A DNA stretch of 64,000 bases from a virus, in the IMG/VR virus record IMGVR_UViG_3300020411_000483, positions 1-64,000 of that record; one strand, written 5' to 3'. The translations under genes were made by a program, and so were the position numbers. Positions 59,802 to 64,000 of this stretch are shown one piece after another (the first letter of the stretch is position 1; the number at the start of each line of letters is the position of its first letter). A model generated the notes under the pieces. That model had not been told where the DNA came from and made no database searches. It saw only the letters and a list, made by a program, of their open reading frames with translations.

Positions 59802-61862
59802 TTAGAAACAAGATTGTGTTGTAGTGCTGCCAACGTTGGTAACAGTAATAGGATCGAGTGTAGTTGGTGTGCTCGAAGTCTCAAAAATGGTTGGCGTAAG
59901 ACTATTTAGTGGGATACTGGTAGGTGGAGTAGTACCAATCGCACCAATGTCAATCGTTGGGTTTATTACACCGATAATAGTATCTGGACTTGGAGTAGGT
60001 ATTTGAGATGCGTTTGCAGGAATAATCTGTACAGGAATGTTTAAATCTCCTAATGCAGCAAGGTTTGCAGCAGAAGAATCTACTGTGCCACCTTCAAATA
60101 CACCGTCTGCATCAGTATCAACTGCTGTACCTGCTAATACTCCCAAATTATTACCTGCTGCACCTGTTACATTTGCAGGACCAAAACAGATATCACCAGT
60201 TGTATAGTTAACTGTACCAGCAGAAGAATTAGTAATAACTTTTCTATTACCACTGTTGTAATAAGTTCTTAAGTTTCCAAACCCATCATCCTCGAAATAC
60301 TGGTCTACAGTAGGACGATCAGCGAGTCTAAACCTACCAGAAACGATTACAGGCTCTTTGACACAACCATCTGCATTAGAAGTCTTACCTGGAGCACTAT
60401 CGTAGATAGGAGCACCAGTTGATATACAGTATGTGTTTGTTTCTGCTGGTTTTGGATTAATATATTTTAGTAGTGAGACTTGAGTCGAAACATCAGAAAT
60501 ACACTTATCTGCAAGTGTTATTGCCTTCTGGAATTTCGCAAGACTGAATGAAGAATTGAAGTTGTTAACTTTAGAAGCAACTGCCCACTCATTAATAGCA
60601 TTTTGAGCATTTGATTCGATAGCAGAGACGCTTCTAGCAGAGCAAGCAGGGTCATAAGTGATAAACACTTTAGGATAGACGTAAATGCTCTCAGCATCGG
60701 TTACAACGGGTTCAATCGATGCCATAGCGTATGCTCTCAACTGTTTAGAGAGGTTTATCTTTGTTGCATCGTTTAATTTAGATCCTGTCTTAGTTTTGAC
60801 TGCGATGTAGACTTTTCCATATACAGGAGGATATAATTCATCTCCACCATAAGCGACAACGCTTGCCACGTTATCATATATCTTTTGCATGATAACTTCG
60901 TAATCCTTTGAAGTAACTGCACGATATTGGGCAGAATAGTATCTTGGAGCATTATATTTGATGGATTCAACGCTTTCTTCATCAGAACCTCCGTAGGATG
61001 TATTCTTAACTATTACGTCTACATCAGATGCAGAATAGTTAACACCATTACTATCAGAGATTAAACCGATAAATGCAAAGCTTGTTACATCATTTGCACC
61101 TTTTCCAGCAGTTACAAGGTATTCAAGGTCAATAACCTCACCATCAGTTAATTTTCTACCAATTACATCATCACCAAAAGTCAATTCATATCTCATATCC
61201 TCTGTTTCGGATAAGAAATAAACCCTGTCAGTTGCTGTTACATTAGTAACATTTTCTACTTTATTATAAACGTCTGAGCTAGTGCTACTTTCGTTTGCTC
61301 TAACACTAACTTTTAGAGTGGCAATATCTGCATCAGATGTTGGTACCACATAATTCTGTTTAGCAAATGTGTTAACAAGATACGAGAAGTTGATAACGCT
61401 ACCTTCTTGTATCAATACACATTTTAATGTTGCAATTCCTGTTGTTTGATCAACCTCAGCAGTGAATGGCTCTAGTCTATTCCAAGTGTAATTACCACCA
61501 GTAGCAACGGATCCCTTCGCTAAAGTGACTGAAGCAGGCCAAGCACCAGCAGTTTGATTAGTTTGTATCGCTAATTCCAAATACGCCTTAGAAGCAGTAA
61601 CAGAATTAGGTGTATAGTTTAAAAGCTTCGCAATATTGACAATATTATCTCTTACAGTAGATGATGCTATAAATGCCTCATTCATTGACATATTTGCCAT
61701 GAATGCACTATAATAAGTGTTATAAGCAAGAGTATCAATTAAATACGACAGACCTGACCCTTCAAAGTCATAATCTGAAAATTCACTACGAGTTCGCAGA
61801 TATGCCTTGATAGAAGACTTAATATCTGTAAAATCTAATGCTGTTAAATTATTCGGTTGCAT
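59802..61862 (-). CDS. gp6: baseplate wedge subunit gp6
   Basis: LDF..IK..IK.YL, DYDFEGS.L..LID.LAYNTYY, FGD.V.G, ES.ESIKYNAP..Y.AQ.RAVT..DY. Confidence 0.96.
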   Translation of the reverse strand: MQPNNLTALDFTDIKSSIKAYLRTRSEFSDYDFEGSGLSYLIDTLAYNTYYSAFMANMSMNEAFIASSTVRDNIVNIAKLLNYTPNSVTASKAYLELAIQTNQTAGAWPASVTLAKGSVATGGNYTWNRLEPFTAEVDQTTGIATLKCVLIQEGSVINFSYLVNTFAKQNYVVPTSDADIATLKVSVRANESSTSSDVYNKVENVTNVTATDRVYFLSETEDMRYELTFGDDVIGRKLTDGEVIDLEYLVTAGKGANDVTSFAFIGLISDSNGVNYSASDVDVIVKNTSYGGSDEESVESIKYNAPRYYSAQYRAVTSKDYEVIMQKIYDNVASVVAYGGDELYPPVYGKVYIAVKTKTGSKLNDATKINLSKQLRAYAMASIEPVVTDAESIYVYPKVFITYDPACSARSVSAIESNAQNAINEWAVASKVNNFNSSFSLAKFQKAITLADKCISDVSTQVSLLKYINPKPAETNTYCISTGAPIYDSAPGKTSNADGCVKEPVIVSGRFRLADRPTVDQYFEDDGFGNLRTYYNSGNRKVITNSSAGTVNYTTGDICFGPANVTGAAGNNLGVLAGTAVDTDADGVFEGGTVDSSAANLAALGDLNIPVQIIPANASQIPTPSPDTIIGVINPTIDIGAIGTTPPTSIPLNSLTPTIFETSSTPTTLDPITVTNVGSTTTQSCF

Positions 61863-62278
61863 TATGGTCTCTGTAAGACGAAGGTGATATTCTCAATTAC
61901 TGGAAGACCAACTATTTGGTATTCTAGGTCAACGGTTATAGCGTTGTCATCATAATCAGGTACGCACTCTAGGCTAGTAATCTTTATACGTGGCTCGTGT
62001 TGCTGTAATGTATTTAGTATCTCACTATGGATCGAGTCAATTAAAAATGGGTCTAACGGCTCAAATAGCATTTGAGATACATTAGAACCAAAATTAGGTT
62101 GAAATGGTTTTTCTCCAGGAGTTGTTAATATAATATTTTTGACCGCTTGTTTTATTGCTTGGTCATTTTTAGTAGGTTGTACGTCTTTCGTAAATGGGTT
62201 CTTGGTAAAACCGACGGGAATGTCCTTAAACGCTCTCGACTTATTAAATTCCTTACCTGTTATCGGTTTTAATGCCAT
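61862..62278 (-). CDS. gp25: baseplate wedge subunit gp25
   Basis: AIKQAVKNIILT.PGEKPF.P.FGS, LFEP, HEPRI. Confidence 0.93.
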   Translation of the reverse strand: MALKPITGKEFNKSRAFKDIPVGFTKNPFTKDVQPTKNDQAIKQAVKNIILTTPGEKPFQPNFGSNVSQMLFEPLDPFLIDSIHSEILNTLQQHEPRIKITSLECVPDYDDNAITVDLEYQIVGLPVIENITFVLQRP

Positions 62279-62562
62279 TAGACTTCATAGAAAGTATATC
62301 TCAAGAATAGTTCCTCCATAGGACCTATAGACCTAATGGTCTTAACATAATATTTGTTTCCGACTTGATACTTAACACAATTAGGGTTTATGCTATGATT
62401 TAGAAATCCACCTAGGGGTGTTCTGTATATTTCGCCGTTTTCAAGGTAATGTGACATACCAAGCTCTTTGCCTTCGGTTAATTCATATCGTGTGAATATA
62501 CCTTGTCCTGCTACTGGACTATTTTGCACAAAAAGTCCTTCAGGAAGTGCTCTGTAGGTCAC
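62278..62562 (-). CDS. minimal SET-domain protein (putative lysine methyltransferase)
   Basis: SPVAGQGIFT (motif I), FLNHS.NPNC (motif III), I...EEL.L.Y (motif IV); GTG start. Confidence 0.85.
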   Translation of the reverse strand: MTYRALPEGLFVQNSPVAGQGIFTRYELTEGKELGMSHYLENGEIYRTPLGGFLNHSINPNCVKYQVGNKYYVKTIRSIGPMEELFLRYTFYEV

Positions 62563-62583
62563 TATTCATAATGTAACTAATTA

Positions 62584-62778
62584 TTATTTATCAGAGAAAC
62601 GGACACCTTTGCATCCCTCTTTAGAACAGTAGTATCTTCCTTCACCTTGATTAGGTGTCAAATAGTCAACACCTTCTGCCCATTCATCCATTGCTTCTCT
62701 CACAATAGACTTTATTTCATTACGAATATACTCTTTCTGCTTTTCTCTACGCTCTTTAATCTTTTTGAAGTTAAACAT
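62584..62778 (-). CDS. hypothetical protein
   Basis: 64-aa ORF coupled to the ho1 stop (TAATG); C-x4-C near the C-terminus. Confidence 0.65.
   Translation of the reverse strand: MFNFKKIKERREKQKEYIRNEIKSIVREAMDEWAEGVDYLTPNQGEGRYYCSKEGCKGVRFSDK
62585..62592 (-). promoter_or_regulatory. late promoter variant GATAAATA upstream of SET-gp25-gp6
   Basis: Overlaps the end of the 64-aa ORF, 22 nt upstream of the SET start. Confidence 0.5.
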
Positions 62779-63455
62779 TAGTTTCCCCGTAAAAAACCTA
62801 ATAACACTTTCCAGAATCCTTTAGTAGCAGATCCTTGAATTTCATCAAATAGGTACATATTTAACCTAAATGCATAATTTGCCTCTGTAATTAGTGCATT
62901 TGTTTGAGATTCATCTAAACCAAGATTATCTAAAACGTTCCTATAGTTATTCTTAAACTCTTTAGCATCAGGTATCTTACTAAAATCGTAAAACCATAAT
63001 CCTTCACCTTTAGGTGGATTAAGTGCTTTTTGAGCAATATTGCATAAAATCTGTCCTCCAGACAAATCACCGATATATCTCGTGTAATGATGTCCTATTA
63101 ATAGGTAAGGTTCATCATTAGCAACTTGATTAATTCTATAACAATATGTGTTACATGCCTCAGTAGGTATCTGTAATGCTCTCCAATTAGGACCATAGAA
63201 GTATCTAAGGTCTCTTTCTAAGTTATTAACACGCTCTAACTCACCTTGGAATCCACTTATTATTTTCACCCAAGGATCCTCGGATTTCCTAATTTGCTCC
63301 TCCATCGTCTGATAGACGTAATAGAAATTAGTCAATAATTGACGATATTGCTCAGGGTCTAACACCCCTTTAAGGAATCCAGAAACAAATTTAGTGTTTT
63401 CTGCTGCTGAATGGGACTTTTTAGTCCCTTCCTTCAATGCTAGTGCTAATCCCAT
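62778..63455 (-). CDS. ho1: heme oxygenase (biliverdin-forming)
   Basis: LKEGTKKSH..AEN..F (proximal His), HHYTRYIGDLSGGQIL, EANYAFRLN. Confidence 0.96.
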   Translation of the reverse strand: MGLALALKEGTKKSHSAAENTKFVSGFLKGVLDPEQYRQLLTNFYYVYQTMEEQIRKSEDPWVKIISGFQGELERVNNLERDLRYFYGPNWRALQIPTEACNTYCYRINQVANDEPYLLIGHHYTRYIGDLSGGQILCNIAQKALNPPKGEGLWFYDFSKIPDAKEFKNNYRNVLDNLGLDESQTNALITEANYAFRLNMYLFDEIQGSATKGFWKVLLGFLRGN

Positions 63456-63637
63456 TATTCTGTCTCCGCAGTTTCAAATTCTTCAATTTGGTCAACATAC
63501 ACCTCATTTCCAGCAATGCGGTATTTGTGACCTCTTTCATCCTCACCAAGATATTCAAGACTATTCTCACCAGAGAAACTATGCTCTCTTAGAACAGCTT
63601 GAAGTCTATAGTGGAGCAAATCAACGTGTGATATCAT
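63455..63637 (-). CDS. hypothetical protein
   Basis: 60-aa ORF with start/stop overlaps on both sides (ATGA, TAATG). Confidence 0.7.
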   Translation of the reverse strand: MISHVDLLHYRLQAVLREHSFSGENSLEYLGEDERGHKYRIAGNEVYVDQIEEFETAETE

Positions 63638-63783
63638 CTACCCTGTCCTCTATAACGCTTCTTTGCGTTATTGCGGGAAGTAGCAGACAACTTAGTGTGC
63701 ATACTTGAGCCTTGTCTAGTCTTTTTAGGGTTTGGTTGCACATAGTTAGTGGTAATCCATGCACCACCTTTTGCTTTTGCCAT
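63634..63783 (-). CDS. small basic protein ending KKRYRGQGR (not in ORF track)
   Basis: MAKAKGGAWITTNYVQPNPKKTRQGSSMHTKLSATSRNNAKKRYRGQGR (49 aa); tightly packed between neighbours. Confidence 0.8.
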   Translation of the reverse strand: MAKAKGGAWITTNYVQPNPKKTRQGSSMHTKLSATSRNNAKKRYRGQGR

Positions 63784-63785
63784 AG

Positions 63786-64000
63786 TTAATCACCTACGAA
63801 TACATTATTAGAAGCACCTGCAATGGTAGAGTAACACTCACCTTCAATACCTCCGTTTAGAGGATCACCGAATCTATTTGCCAATTTTCCCATTATATAC
63901 ACTGTTTTAGTGGTTGCGTGGGAAACTCGCTTATGTTTACCGCCATCACGGACATCTTCAGAGGTAAGGTACTTACCATTACAGATATCTGGTGGAGGTG
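63786..64000 (-). CDS. PAAR-like spike-tip protein (gp5.4-like), 3' part
   Basis: ...HATTKTVYIMGKLANRFGDPL...CYSTIAGASNNVFVGD* matches the PAAR C-terminal pattern. Confidence 0.75.
   Translation of the reverse strand, partial: PPPDICNGKYLTSEDVRDGGKHKRVSHATTKTVYIMGKLANRFGDPLNGGIEGECYSTIAGASNNVFVGD

Noticed and set aside
62278-62562. SET protein as the methylase for the Asn72-like residue (PRNAD) in the phycobiliprotein-like repeat
   Set aside because: Beta-Asn72 methylation is done by CpcM, a class I methyltransferase, not by a SET enzyme; there is no support for the link.
371-63708. Many plus-strand ORFs up to 226 aa (e.g. 15385-16023, 16819-17445, 18157-18837) and short off-frame minus ORFs
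   Set aside because: They are antisense or alternate-frame shadows of Gly/Ala/Thr/Val-rich genes with strong codon bias, and show no recognisable motifs.
1-64000. tRNA, rRNA or ncRNA genes
   Set aside because: Intergenic gaps are nearly all under 100 nt and are occupied by promoters or terminators; no cloverleaf was seen.

Overview
This is the structural-gene region of an AT-rich T4-like cyanomyovirus (Prochlorococcus/Synechococcus-type), with all real genes on the minus strand. In transcription order (right to left): partial PAAR/gp5.4, small ORFs, heme oxygenase ho1, a minimal SET-domain gene, gp25, gp6, a 7858-aa gp7-type baseplate protein, a gp9-like protein, a 1382-aa YHYH protein, gp8, VrlC/DUF4815, a 2152-aa fibre, gp13-gp16, a g16-g17 island (petE, SNase-like nuclease, small ORFs), gp17-gp22 and the 5' part of gp23. 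T4-type late promoters and two intrinsic terminators are visible. Two observations stand out, both from manual reading with no searches run. (1) The gp7-type protein contains three domains that align in register with phycobiliprotein beta subunits and keep both bilin-attachment cysteine motifs (Cys82-like C-x-x-D and Cys153/155-like GDC), with ho1 encoded just upstream of the baseplate genes. This suggests a bilin-chromophorylated virion. (2) Eighteen ~104-aa Cys/His modules are inserted into these domains and are nested recursively inside one another (up to 6 levels, with openings and closings balanced), implying a branched, tree-like protein. Other virion proteins show the same nesting, and two carry cupredoxin-like H..C-x-x-H-x-x-M sites.
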